Virus record (IMG/VR): IMGVR_UViG_3300037458_000572
Direction: 5' to 3' (one strand)
Source: a virus
Length of the DNA stretch: 61,734 nucleotides
The notes beneath the pieces are model-generated. The model was not told the DNA's origin. It saw nothing but the letters and a program-made list of their open reading frames with translations, and did no database searches. The position numbers and the translations under genes were made by a program. Position 1 is the stretch's first letter, and each line of letters opens with the position of its first letter. Below are positions 8,703-17,043 of this stretch, one piece after another.

Positions 8703-10630
8703 TGTCCGCCCTCGTCGCGCGGCTTGTTTCCGGCTCCGGGACTTGATTTTCCAATCCCGATGTCGTTAAGAAGCTTTACCAATTCAGACACTTGCGCCAT
8801 GCCTTCGGCCTGCTCCACCTTTTTCTGGTCCTCGGCCGCTTGCGCTTTCATTTCCGCGTCGATCTGCATGGCCTTTTCGTCGCTCGCCACAATGCCCTCG
8901 TCGGTGAGGTTGGTCCTTGTTTCGAGCGCCTTCAGCATCTTATAGGGCTCCAGGTAGGGCGCGAACTGCGGCTGCGCGCAAAGCGGGATGAACACCTGGG
9001 TTAAGTGCTGCAGCGTCTCGGCGCCCTTCATCAGCGCCGAAACGCCGCTGACGTGGAACCTTCCCGACAACGCCGGAAGCCCGTTGACCCCGTTCGGACG
9101 GCGCGGGTCCGGCGCCATCATCATCTGCTCCAATGGCTCGCGGCCGAACATATCAGCGTAGTCGGTGTATCCGGCGAAGGCTTCTATGACTTCCTGCGCC
9201 GCGGCCAGCGCTGCGATTGCCCCGGATTCGACATTGGCGCCGATCAACTGGAACACGCCCAGCCCTTGGTCGAGCATTTGCTGGCTTTCGCGCCAGGTAA
9301 CATCCTTGCGGTATCCCGGGAGCCCCTGCACCGCGTCGGTGATAAAACTTCCGCGCTGGAATATCTGGTCATGGTACTGCTGGTTGGCGAGGATCGAACC
9401 GGTAACGTCGCGGCGGATGCTCTCGCGTACCGCCTGCTGCCCGTTGACGCTTTCGCGCGTGAGATACTTCTTGCCCGGCCAGTCCTCGACATCTCGCGGA
9501 TCCACCAACTGCTCGACGCACACCTCTTTGGGCGGGTTCACCAGCCACGAAAGCGCGTCCTCGAACAGGCATTGCAGGTTGCACATGGCCTCCCACACCG
9601 TGACCACGCTTTTCAAAAGTCCCCGCCCGCCGTACCCGAGCACCGATGGAAATGGCGAAAATGACACCCCTGGCCACCGTAGCCGGCGGTAGGGGACCGC
9701 TTTGGGCTCTTCGATTATCCGCCCCCCGCACACCGTCAACTGCGCCCGCGGCAGCACCACCTCCCCGCGCTTGTCTAGCACCGTGCCGTACATTTCCTCC
9801 ACCAGGTGCAGCGTGCGGAAGTCGCTGCGGCGGTGCACCTGTCTCTTGCGCGCCTCGATCGCGTCCTTGGTCAGGAATGGGTCGTTGGGTGATGCCGTCG
9901 ATTCCGACGTGTTGCGCACGCGCTCGATGTCGAAATACTTGCCCCGCGCCTCTCCGTCCTTCAAAACATGCCAGTCAAGCCATTCGCGGTGGATCCAGTA
10001 AAGCCCGCCCTGCGGGTCGCGGCGGGGTGCGTCCGGGTCGCGCAGGATTTTCCAGGGTTCGATCAGCGAGTACTGCAGCCCGCGACCTGGTATCCAGCGG
10101 GGGATGATTTCCATGCTGACGCCGACGGCAAGCGCCATGGTTACCGCGTCGGCGAAGGCGGTGACGAAATTTCCGTGCTGGTCGTCGTTCTGTATATCGA
10201 GTACGGTTTTCCAGAACTGCTTCGCCGTCTCCGACTGGTCGTCGTGGATGGTCAAAAAATCAGGCGAGAACGCCTTTTTTATAACCGCCGCGCCGAACTG
10301 CACCGTCGCAAACGGCTTTGGCACGATAACCCGCGATTGCCAGGCGTCTTTATTGGAGTACGAATACGGCTCTTCCTCGTTGTAAACCCGCCAACAATGG
10401 TCCTGTTGCCGCCGCAGCTCATCGGTCGCCTGCACCGATGTCTTCACGCAGTCGGCCACGTAATCTACGATCGACTTCTCCTGTTCGACCGCGATCCGAC
10501 GCGCGGCGTCCTCGCGCTCGGCCGTCTCCTGGTCGTCAATTTGCTGTGTGGCGTACTCAGCGCGGTCAACGCGCCTACGCGCCTCCACCAACTCGTCCAT
10601 CGGATCGCGTGTTATTTCGACCTGAGGCAT
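8699..10630 (-). CDS. portal protein (by size and position)
   Basis: 643-aa ORF downstream of terL and upstream of the scaffold and capsid genes. Confidence 0.7.
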   Translation of the reverse strand: MPQVEITRDPMDELVEARRRVDRAEYATQQIDDQETAEREDAARRIAVEQEKSIVDYVADCVKTSVQATDELRRQQDHCWRVYNEEEPYSYSNKDAWQSRVIVPKPFATVQFGAAVIKKAFSPDFLTIHDDQSETAKQFWKTVLDIQNDDQHGNFVTAFADAVTMALAVGVSMEIIPRWIPGRGLQYSLIEPWKILRDPDAPRRDPQGGLYWIHREWLDWHVLKDGEARGKYFDIERVRNTSESTASPNDPFLTKDAIEARKRQVHRRSDFRTLHLVEEMYGTVLDKRGEVVLPRAQLTVCGGRIIEEPKAVPYRRLRWPGVSFSPFPSVLGYGGRGLLKSVVTVWEAMCNLQCLFEDALSWLVNPPKEVCVEQLVDPRDVEDWPGKKYLTRESVNGQQAVRESIRRDVTGSILANQQYHDQIFQRGSFITDAVQGLPGYRKDVTWRESQQMLDQGLGVFQLIGANVESGAIAALAAAQEVIEAFAGYTDYADMFGREPLEQMMMAPDPRRPNGVNGLPALSGRFHVSGVSALMKGAETLQHLTQVFIPLCAQPQFAPYLEPYKMLKALETRTNLTDEGIVASDEKAMQIDAEMKAQAAEDQKKVEQAEGMAQVSELVKLLNDIGIGKSSPGAGNKPRDEGGQ

Positions 10631-10654
10631 TTTTTATTTTTTTCCCTTAAACCC

Positions 10655-10906
10655 TTACACTCCGGCTCCGGGAGCCTTGGGGAATATCCGGTCGAAGTTC
10701 TTCCGGTATCCACCCTCGCGCTCCGCCGGTTTCCAATCGCTCGAATGCGACGGGCAGCTATGTGAACATTTATGCGTGTCTGGCTCTCCGTCGTGGCCTT
10801 TCGGGTGGTCCGTAACCGCGCCGCAGCCGGTGCATTTAAACACCTGACGATTGTTTTTTCTCGACCCCTCGCGCATTTCCCAAAAACGTGAATACTTTCC
10901 CATCAA
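10655..10906 (-). CDS. small Cys/His-rich (zinc-binding-like) protein
   Basis: 83-aa ORF containing CTGC...HKCSHSCPSH, between terL and the portal. Confidence 0.5.
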   Translation of the reverse strand: MMGKYSRFWEMREGSRKNNRQVFKCTGCGAVTDHPKGHDGEPDTHKCSHSCPSHSSDWKPAEREGGYRKNFDRIFPKAPGAGV

Positions 10907-10908
10907 AC

Positions 10909-12399
10909 TTAAATCCCTGGACGCAGCGTTATCTCGCCCGGCGCCCCTAATTGCGCTGGGCGGCGGATAACCGTTTGTCTTCCGTCGTATGGCGCCGAGG
11001 CGTAACTCATCGCCCGCTTGAGCGGATTGAAAAAAGGGTTGCGGTTTTTTGCGGGGGCCACGAACTGCCGCGCATACGGCAGCACACGTGCCACTCCGTA
11101 GGCAAGCGCGTCGCCGAGGTCGGCCGCCTTATCCTTGACCGGAAGATTGCCGATGATGTTGCCCTGGTTGTCGCTTTTAAAATGCCATCCGCCGTTGAGC
11201 GCCCGGTGCAGGTCATGGGCGGTTTGCGAGATGTATATTACCGGGCTTCCATCGCCTGCGAGCGTGCCGAGCGCCGTGCGCAGCGGATCGATTCGGTAAC
11301 TCCATTTGGTGGGTCCGGGCTCAAAGCGCGTTTTTAGTATCTGTTCGATTCTGCGCGCCGCGGTCATTCCCGTGGTCGATTGGTCGGGGGTGCGCATTGT
11401 GGGGTCGCCTATATCGCGCCAGTCCGGGATACGGCCGGTGAACTTGGGACCCTTTACGAGCGGCAGAACCTGCTGCTCGCAAAGCTCTTTAGCGCCTATG
11501 CCATCTCCCCAAAAACAGTTATGCACCCATATTTTTCCGGGCGGGATATATTGCGCCACCAGACATACCGGGTGGTGCCACCCGTCATAGAACCTTAGCC
11601 CAAGCGCTCCGGGCACTACCGGCAACTCGCGTCCGGCGAAATGGATTTTAGGGTTATACTCGGGCGTCACACGTTTTCCGCGCTGCACCGGGGCCGCGAT
11701 GCCCTCGACGTAGCGGGCGTACTTTCCGGGGTCGTTTTTGAACGCGGCCTTGTTTGCCAGACGGGCGATCTGATTCAGATAGGTGTTCTCGCCGTAAGCG
11801 ATCCGGAAGACGTGCTTGACGATCCGCTCCCCTGTCGCCTCATCCTCGGCATACACCTCTGGCATGTTGGCGACTTCTTCCGTCCAGTGATCTTCGTCGG
11901 CAGGGTTCTGCGTCACCTGCACCCGCATCCGCGTCCCCTTCTGTCGCGCAGCGCGGGCGATTGCCATATCAAACACGTCGCGCGGAAGCCCCGCGTTCGC
12001 CTTTTCGATGATCGGCGCCGGCTCTTCGAGCCAGATCAATCCGTACTCGGGACCCTGCAGCTTTGACAGCGCGGCGGGGTCGTCGATCCCGAACAGATCC
12101 GCCTCTACCCGCGGCTGCGAATGGATCACCATCTGCTTGCAGTCGTCGTGGAACTCCACCCACGCCCCAAAAATCTCCTTCAGGCTCGGGACCGTCGAAA
12201 TTTTGATGTTCTGGTGTGTGTCCCGCACCACCGCCGCCCGGATGTCCTTCTCGCACCGGTGCGCGTGCCTAACGACGCCCGCCGCGCCGCTATAGGTCTT
12301 CCCTTCACCCATTGGTCCCATGAGCATGGCAATTTGTGCATCGCTTTCTACGAATGCGCTCTGCGTTGGCGAAAGGTCGAAAACGAGGTCTTTAGGCAT
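10909..12399 (-). CDS. terL: terminase large subunit
   Basis: 496 aa. Walker A is GPMGEGKT, Walker B-like is GLIWLEE, and a TQNP coupling motif is present. The acidic residues of the C-terminal half are consistent with a nuclease domain. Confidence 0.9.
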   Translation of the reverse strand: MPKDLVFDLSPTQSAFVESDAQIAMLMGPMGEGKTYSGAAGVVRHAHRCEKDIRAAVVRDTHQNIKISTVPSLKEIFGAWVEFHDDCKQMVIHSQPRVEADLFGIDDPAALSKLQGPEYGLIWLEEPAPIIEKANAGLPRDVFDMAIARAARQKGTRMRVQVTQNPADEDHWTEEVANMPEVYAEDEATGERIVKHVFRIAYGENTYLNQIARLANKAAFKNDPGKYARYVEGIAAPVQRGKRVTPEYNPKIHFAGRELPVVPGALGLRFYDGWHHPVCLVAQYIPPGKIWVHNCFWGDGIGAKELCEQQVLPLVKGPKFTGRIPDWRDIGDPTMRTPDQSTTGMTAARRIEQILKTRFEPGPTKWSYRIDPLRTALGTLAGDGSPVIYISQTAHDLHRALNGGWHFKSDNQGNIIGNLPVKDKAADLGDALAYGVARVLPYARQFVAPAKNRNPFFNPLKRAMSYASAPYDGRQTVIRRPAQLGAPGEITLRPGI

Positions 12400-13081
12400 C
12401 CGGTTTGCCCTCCTGCGGTTCCTTGGGCTTGCCGAAATGCACCACCATGGGCTTGCGCCGCTGCTTCTCGGTCTTGGCTTCCGGGTCGTACTCGTTGCTG
12501 CTGTCTACGATCACGATCTTCCCGCGGCCGTCTTCCTTGAGCAGACCTGATTTGGCGAGCTTTAGCTCGATCACCTTTACCGCCATGGCGGCGGCCTTTA
12601 GGCGCTTATCCTGTAGTCGCTCGTCTTTGAGGATGTATTCGAGGCAGGTTTTGACGATCTTCTTGATGATTTTTCTTCTGGTGTCATGGTCTTCTAAGTT
12701 GGCTTCCGCCTGCGCGATCAATCTGCACCATGTAGTGATCTCGAAATCGATTGCGGACTTTACTGACGCCAGGCGTTCCGCCATCTCGCTCGGCTCTTCA
12801 TTGAACCATTTGAGAGATACGGCTTCTACCTTTTCGAGTGCCACAAGGTCGTCCGGAACTACCTTGTCGACATGCTCTTGGATTATCTTGTCTGCCCGGC
12901 TTTTTGCTACCCTGCCAACGCGGGCCAGATAGCGATTGACCGCGGCATCGCTTATCTTGTGCCCTTCCTTGCGCAAGATGCGCCCGATCTCCCGTCCGAC
13001 CGTGATTCCGTCGTCGATCATCAATGACGAGACGCGCTCGGCGAGGCCCATGCGGTCTATCTTTGAAGCGGTATTTGCCAC
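12392..13081 (-). CDS. terS: terminase small subunit (putative)
   Basis: 229 aa with a GTG start. It has an HTH-like N-terminus and a coiled-coil centre. It overlaps the terL start by 8 nt and is the first gene of the late operon. Confidence 0.55.
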   Translation of the reverse strand: MANTASKIDRMGLAERVSSLMIDDGITVGREIGRILRKEGHKISDAAVNRYLARVGRVAKSRADKIIQEHVDKVVPDDLVALEKVEAVSLKWFNEEPSEMAERLASVKSAIDFEITTWCRLIAQAEANLEDHDTRRKIIKKIVKTCLEYILKDERLQDKRLKAAAMAVKVIELKLAKSGLLKEDGRGKIVIVDSSNEYDPEAKTEKQRRKPMVVHFGKPKEPQEGKPDA

Positions 13082-13485
13082 GCACCAATCGTATCACCTG
13101 TTTTTAAGATTAAATGCCGTTCAAAACCGGTGGTCATGATTGGCCGCGATTTGCACGCTTGAATGGCACTTCAGGAGTGGTAAAGTTGCGTTTGTTGCAA
13201 AAAAAGTTCTTGACAAGGTTTAAAATAACGCCTTGAACCCGCCGCCCGATGTTTTTTTAAGGGCACGTTGGTTGAAAGTTTGAACGACCCCATGCGCTTG
13301 GAGTCTCATGGGGGGAGGGAGTCCCGGTCGAGCGGTTTCTGTTCGGCGGACGGCACCCTGTGGATGGTTGGTGGGTCGGTCGGTCGGAGTCAATTTCGAA
13401 AGGACCGAAGGCCGAGGGGCGGCCGGCCGACGATCGAACGGCGACCGATTGGTAGGTGGATTGGATGGCCTTGACCGCTGCCAGA

Positions 13486-13577
13486 TGGTTGGACCTCGAT
13501 CCCGGAGATCCCGGTTCAGGCATCGACCACCTGGTTGGACCTCGATCCCGGAGATCCCGGTTCAGGCATCGACCACC
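13486..13577. repeat. 46-bp perfect tandem direct repeat x2, each unit with two GATC sites
   Basis: tggttggacctcgatcccggagatcccggttcaggcatcgaccacc is read twice, back to back. Confidence 0.9.
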
Positions 13578-13630
13578 TGGACGCCGTGTGACCTGGCGAT
13601 CGTTTTTATGGCAGGCAAGGGGGTGGTCGA

Positions 13631-13657
13631 TTGCCAACTTTCGTTATTAGTTGGCAA
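13631..13657. repeat. perfect 9-bp stem hairpin TTGCCAACT/AGTTGGCAA; a related GCCAACTAATAA copy lies at 13742-13753
   Basis: Read directly. The 12-mer at 13645-13656 is the reverse complement of 13742-13753. Confidence 0.8.
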
Positions 13658-14091
13658 TGGCTCTTCGACGATATTTGAAGCAGTTACAGGATGTTAATCC
13701 TATTTTAACCCCCTGCAACCCAAAACAGCCGTTTTTGTACGCCAACTAATAAGGACAAAACGCCAAAAACAAGGCATTCGGACGACCACCTCCAGGAGGA
13801 CCACGGAAACCGCTTTTTCCGCCAGGTCCGGCTGACTCGCCATTTTTCATTGACTCACACATGCCGAACCACCATTTTGACCAGGAGCACCAATGCCGCA
13901 CCCCGAACAAACCCAGGCTGCTTCTGCATCCACAAAAAACAATCCTCTCCAACCCCCGCCCCCCGTGTATCCCCAAAGAGCTACCGCACACGGATGGTTG
14001 TCCTGCCTCACTCTACACGATCTAATCGAGTCACAAAACCCTCCACGATCCCCCTCCGTCCATTGTTTTGAAGCGGAGGCAGCTGGCGAAA

Positions 14092-14383
14092 GCGTCCAAA
14101 GTTGCTCAATCAAGGTGCTTTTCGAAGCACCACGCAAAGCCTCGCCAGGACTGGATTTGTCCAAAGTTGCGTCCAATGTCCAAAGTTTTTCCTTATTGTT
14201 TTTATCCAGCGCTCTTCTTATGCCTCCCCCCTTTCGCCTATATAAAATATTTATTTATTTTTTCCCGCAATGAAAACAACTAGCAAAAACTTTGGACATT
14301 GGACGCAACTTTGGACAACAGCCTGTAATCACAACTTATAAAAACACCACCAACGACCTCTTAAAACATCAAACTTTGGACGC
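14092..14383. promoter_or_regulatory. dyad-symmetric iteron cluster (GTCCAAAGTT x6), candidate origin/operator
   Basis: A perfect 32-bp inverted repeat (14159-14190 and 14285-14316) flanks a 94-bp AT-rich spacer. Outer 12-mers GCGTCCAAAGTT (14092-14103) and its complement (14372-14383) share exactly the same dyad centre, 14237.5. Confidence 0.7.
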
Positions 14384-15025
14384 TCTGAACCTAAAAAAAA
14401 CAAAATGGGCGGCGGGAAGCAGGCAATTATTTTGGCCAAGTAAAGTTCATAAAGTTGAACTTTTATGGCAAAATGTTCAAAAACATGAATCTTATCAACT
14501 TTTCAAGTGTATCCGCATGTTAAGCACTTTTTAGGTTGATTTTACCAAAAAAGCGGTTCATAAAAATGAAACTCACCAAAATTTTAACGCTGATTTTATT
14601 ACCTTTTCTCACTGGCATAATATATGCACTTAAAAAGTGTATGATTTTAACCTTAAACCTTGGGAGAATAAAAATGAAAGATCGCTATGACAAAATGACG
14701 GACGAAGAATTTGACTCAATCCTGGAGGAATTATTGATCCGCGACGCATCAACGAGGAACGCGGCGGCTGGCTGGTATGCCGCCAGCCCGGAGGCCTGTT
14801 GTGCGGAATCATCTGGAGCGACGGGAGCTACTACGCCAACCTGATCGAGGACGCTGACGGCAGGCCGTGCAAGAGACTTCTAAGGCGCGGAGGTCAGCGG
14901 GTGCGCGGTACGATCAAGGTCGATCCCGATAATTCCGCCAACCTGGGCGGAATACTGTTTTAGAGCAAACCCACCGGCCGGCGCGAGCGCAGCGGATCGC
15001 GCCGGCTGTAATTGGAGGTAATCCC

Positions 15026-15658
15026 ATGAGCAACCACAACCACCCCCAAGCCGGATCATCCATCAAGGTCGAGCCAATCCGCGACCTGAAGGACATCCGC
15101 CTAATAAAAAAGCTCTTGGCGGATCGTCCCCGGGACCTGGCGCTCTTCGTGCTCGGCATCAACACAAGCCTGCGCGCCTCCGACCTCGCTCGCCTCACCG
15201 TCGGCCAGCTGCAGGGGCTTAAACCCATGGATGAACTGGAACTCAAGGAGAAAAAAACGGGCAAAGTGCGGCGACTCAGCCTAAACCGCGCCTGTATCGA
15301 GGCTATTGAGGGGCAGCTAAAGGCGTTATCGTCATGTTCGAAACCCAATGACGGTCATCCGTCATCTGTTTTACCAATAGATTCCCATCCTTTTTTTGCA
15401 TCCAGAAGGGGAGGCGGGGCGCTGACGGTATCAAGTATCCATCGGCTGGTGAAAAGCTGGTGCCGTGCCATCAACCTCCGCGGAAACTACGGCTCACACA
15501 CGCTCAGAAAGACATGGGGCTATCATCAGCGCGTGACCTATGGCCAAGCCCTACCCGTTCTCTGTGAGGTCCTGGGGCACGCCACACAGCGCCAGACGCT
15601 GACTTATTTGTGCATCCAGGCCGAGGAAATCAAATCGGTTTACGCAAACGAACTATAG
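15026..15658 (+). CDS. short tyrosine recombinase (catalytic domain only)
   Basis: 210 aa. The motifs LRASDL (Arg), HTLRKT (H-x-x-R), LGH and LTYL (Tyr) occur in the canonical order. There is no N-terminal SAM-like domain. Confidence 0.8.
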   Translation: MSNHNHPQAGSSIKVEPIRDLKDIRLIKKLLADRPRDLALFVLGINTSLRASDLARLTVGQLQGLKPMDELELKEKKTGKVRRLSLNRACIEAIEGQLKALSSCSKPNDGHPSSVLPIDSHPFFASRRGGGALTVSSIHRLVKSWCRAINLRGNYGSHTLRKTWGYHQRVTYGQALPVLCEVLGHATQRQTLTYLCIQAEEIKSVYANEL

Positions 15659-15675
15659 AAAGGAGAAATAAGACC

Positions 15676-15996
15676 ATGATCAAGATTATTGATGGAGTAC
15701 GCTACGACACGGAAAAGGCCATCGAAGTTGGCAGCGCCGAAGCATCATGCCCGCAAAGCGATTTTCATTATTGGAGCGAAACGCTCTACAAGGCCCCCCG
15801 ATCCGGCCGCTTCTTCATTGCCGGCGAGGGCGGCCCCATGAGCAAGTGGAGCAAACCCGTCTACCAAAACTCATGGAGAGGATCGTCAGGTATCCGTCCC
15901 ATGAACGCCGAACAGGCGCGCGAATGGTGCGAGCAGTACCTCGAAGACACCGACTGGACCGAGCATTTCCCGAAGGGCGCCATCGAAGACGCATAA
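15676..15996 (+). CDS. hypothetical protein
   Basis: 106 aa counted from the ATG at 15676, which is preceded by AAAGGAGA. The gene follows the recombinase by 17 nt. Confidence 0.55.
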   Translation: MIKIIDGVRYDTEKAIEVGSAEASCPQSDFHYWSETLYKAPRSGRFFIAGEGGPMSKWSKPVYQNSWRGSSGIRPMNAEQAREWCEQYLEDTDWTEHFPKGAIEDA

Positions 15997-16278
15997 AAAA
16001 CCGGGCCGGGGTCTGCGTCAACAGCCCCCGGCCCATGTGCACACAAACCAAATACCTTGGGAGGATCTCAGATCATGCGCACAATCATTATTTGCACCAT
16101 CCTGTCATGGTTGTCAACCGCTGCGGCCCTAACCCTCCACCAAACAGAAACCAGCGCCCCGCCGTCCGCTATCGTTAAATGGAGGGCGGGGAAATGATCG
16201 ACACGCTAATAAGGTGGTCCATCGCTTTAATTATAGCCCTGCTGCTCTCACTCGACGACATTGTAATGTAGTAGCTAC

Positions 16279-16314
16279 GAGCGGCCCCGCTATACCAACC
16301 CACCGGGGCCGCTC
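16279..16314. terminator. 11-bp perfect GC hairpin between convergent genes
   Basis: gagcggccccg N14 cggggccgctc read directly. No clear U-run is present on either strand. Confidence 0.5.
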
Positions 16315-16318
16315 AATC

Positions 16319-16822
16319 TCACATAATAACCGCCTGCCGCCCCCCCTTCTGCCGATCATTGATCCCTAAATCAAAACCAAACGCATAAGCGGTAGCCGCC
16401 GCGTCCCATATCTCCGGTTTTATGCCGCTCACATCAAGCACCGTGCCTTGATCCGGGTTTATCATACCCCCCATGGCCGCCAGCAGGTCTAACGCCCCGG
16501 CTGCAGCCAGCGGGTGCATCTTTTTCATTTGACTGATTACAACCGTCATCTGCACCTCGGTCATTTGCCCTTGACGGAACAAAAAGTATGATCCCTTTAT
16601 GATCTCATCATCGTTGGTGGCCTTGCTGTTGCCGATAGCGTAACCGAGCACTCGCGCCGTATTCTTTATTCCCAACAACGCCAACTGATCGTTGTTGCCG
16701 ATTCCGGACGTGGAAGAACTGCATCCATGAGTCCATATCATTATTTGCAGCAGTAAAAAAATCACAACCACCAGTACCGTCCACCCAACCCCAAACTCAG
16801 CCCCGTTTATTCGCCGAAACAT
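16319..16822 (-). CDS. hypothetical lipoprotein/membrane-anchored protein
   Basis: 167 aa. A hydrophobic N-terminus is followed by THGC/SSS, which is lipobox-like. It is the last gene of the early leftward operon. Confidence 0.6.
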   Translation of the reverse strand: MFRRINGAEFGVGWTVLVVVIFLLLQIMIWTHGCSSSTSGIGNNDQLALLGIKNTARVLGYAIGNSKATNDDEIIKGSYFLFRQGQMTEVQMTVVISQMKKMHPLAAAGALDLLAAMGGMINPDQGTVLDVSGIKPEIWDAAATAYAFGFDLGINDRQKGGRQAVIM

Positions 16823-17043
16823 TTTGGGCCTCCTATCGTTTAATGCTTTGTTCGCCGGCGGCCGGTTAACATGGCCGCCGGCTCTCCACCCGGATTTTAC
16901 CTGTCGCCTCGGCTATTGCCGTCAGCGTCGATTATTCATGCACCCCACCTCCTTCCGGCCCCATACAATCCACACCAACCCGACATGGATCGTCCAACCA
17001 CGGGGCTCTAATGAAGCCATTTTTCGGCACAAAACCAGCAAAA

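Noticed and set aside
13486-13577. Possible CRISPR array or CRISPR-like repeat.
   Set aside because: There are only two directly abutting copies, with no spacers and no cas genes.
13257-13697. ORFs of 64-129 aa on both strands in the non-coding region upstream of terS.
   Set aside because: They run through tandem repeats and G-rich runs. The translations are Arg/Gly/Pro/Ser-rich, they overlap one another and they lack an SD. They are better treated as non-coding structured DNA.
14159-14316. Invertible promoter (inverton) flanked by the 32-bp inverted repeats and controlled by the nearby short recombinase.
   Set aside because: I could not find a convincing -35/-10 pair on either strand of the 94-bp spacer, and 94 bp is very short for inversion. 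It is kept only as an alternative under the iteron-cluster finding.
14292-14534. 80-aa plus-strand ORF in the AT-rich block, starting inside the right inverted repeat.
   Set aside because: It has only a TTG start within the repeat, no SD, no internal ATG until the last few codons and an unconvincing sequence. An open frame of this length in AT-rich DNA is slightly unexpected, so it is not fully excluded.
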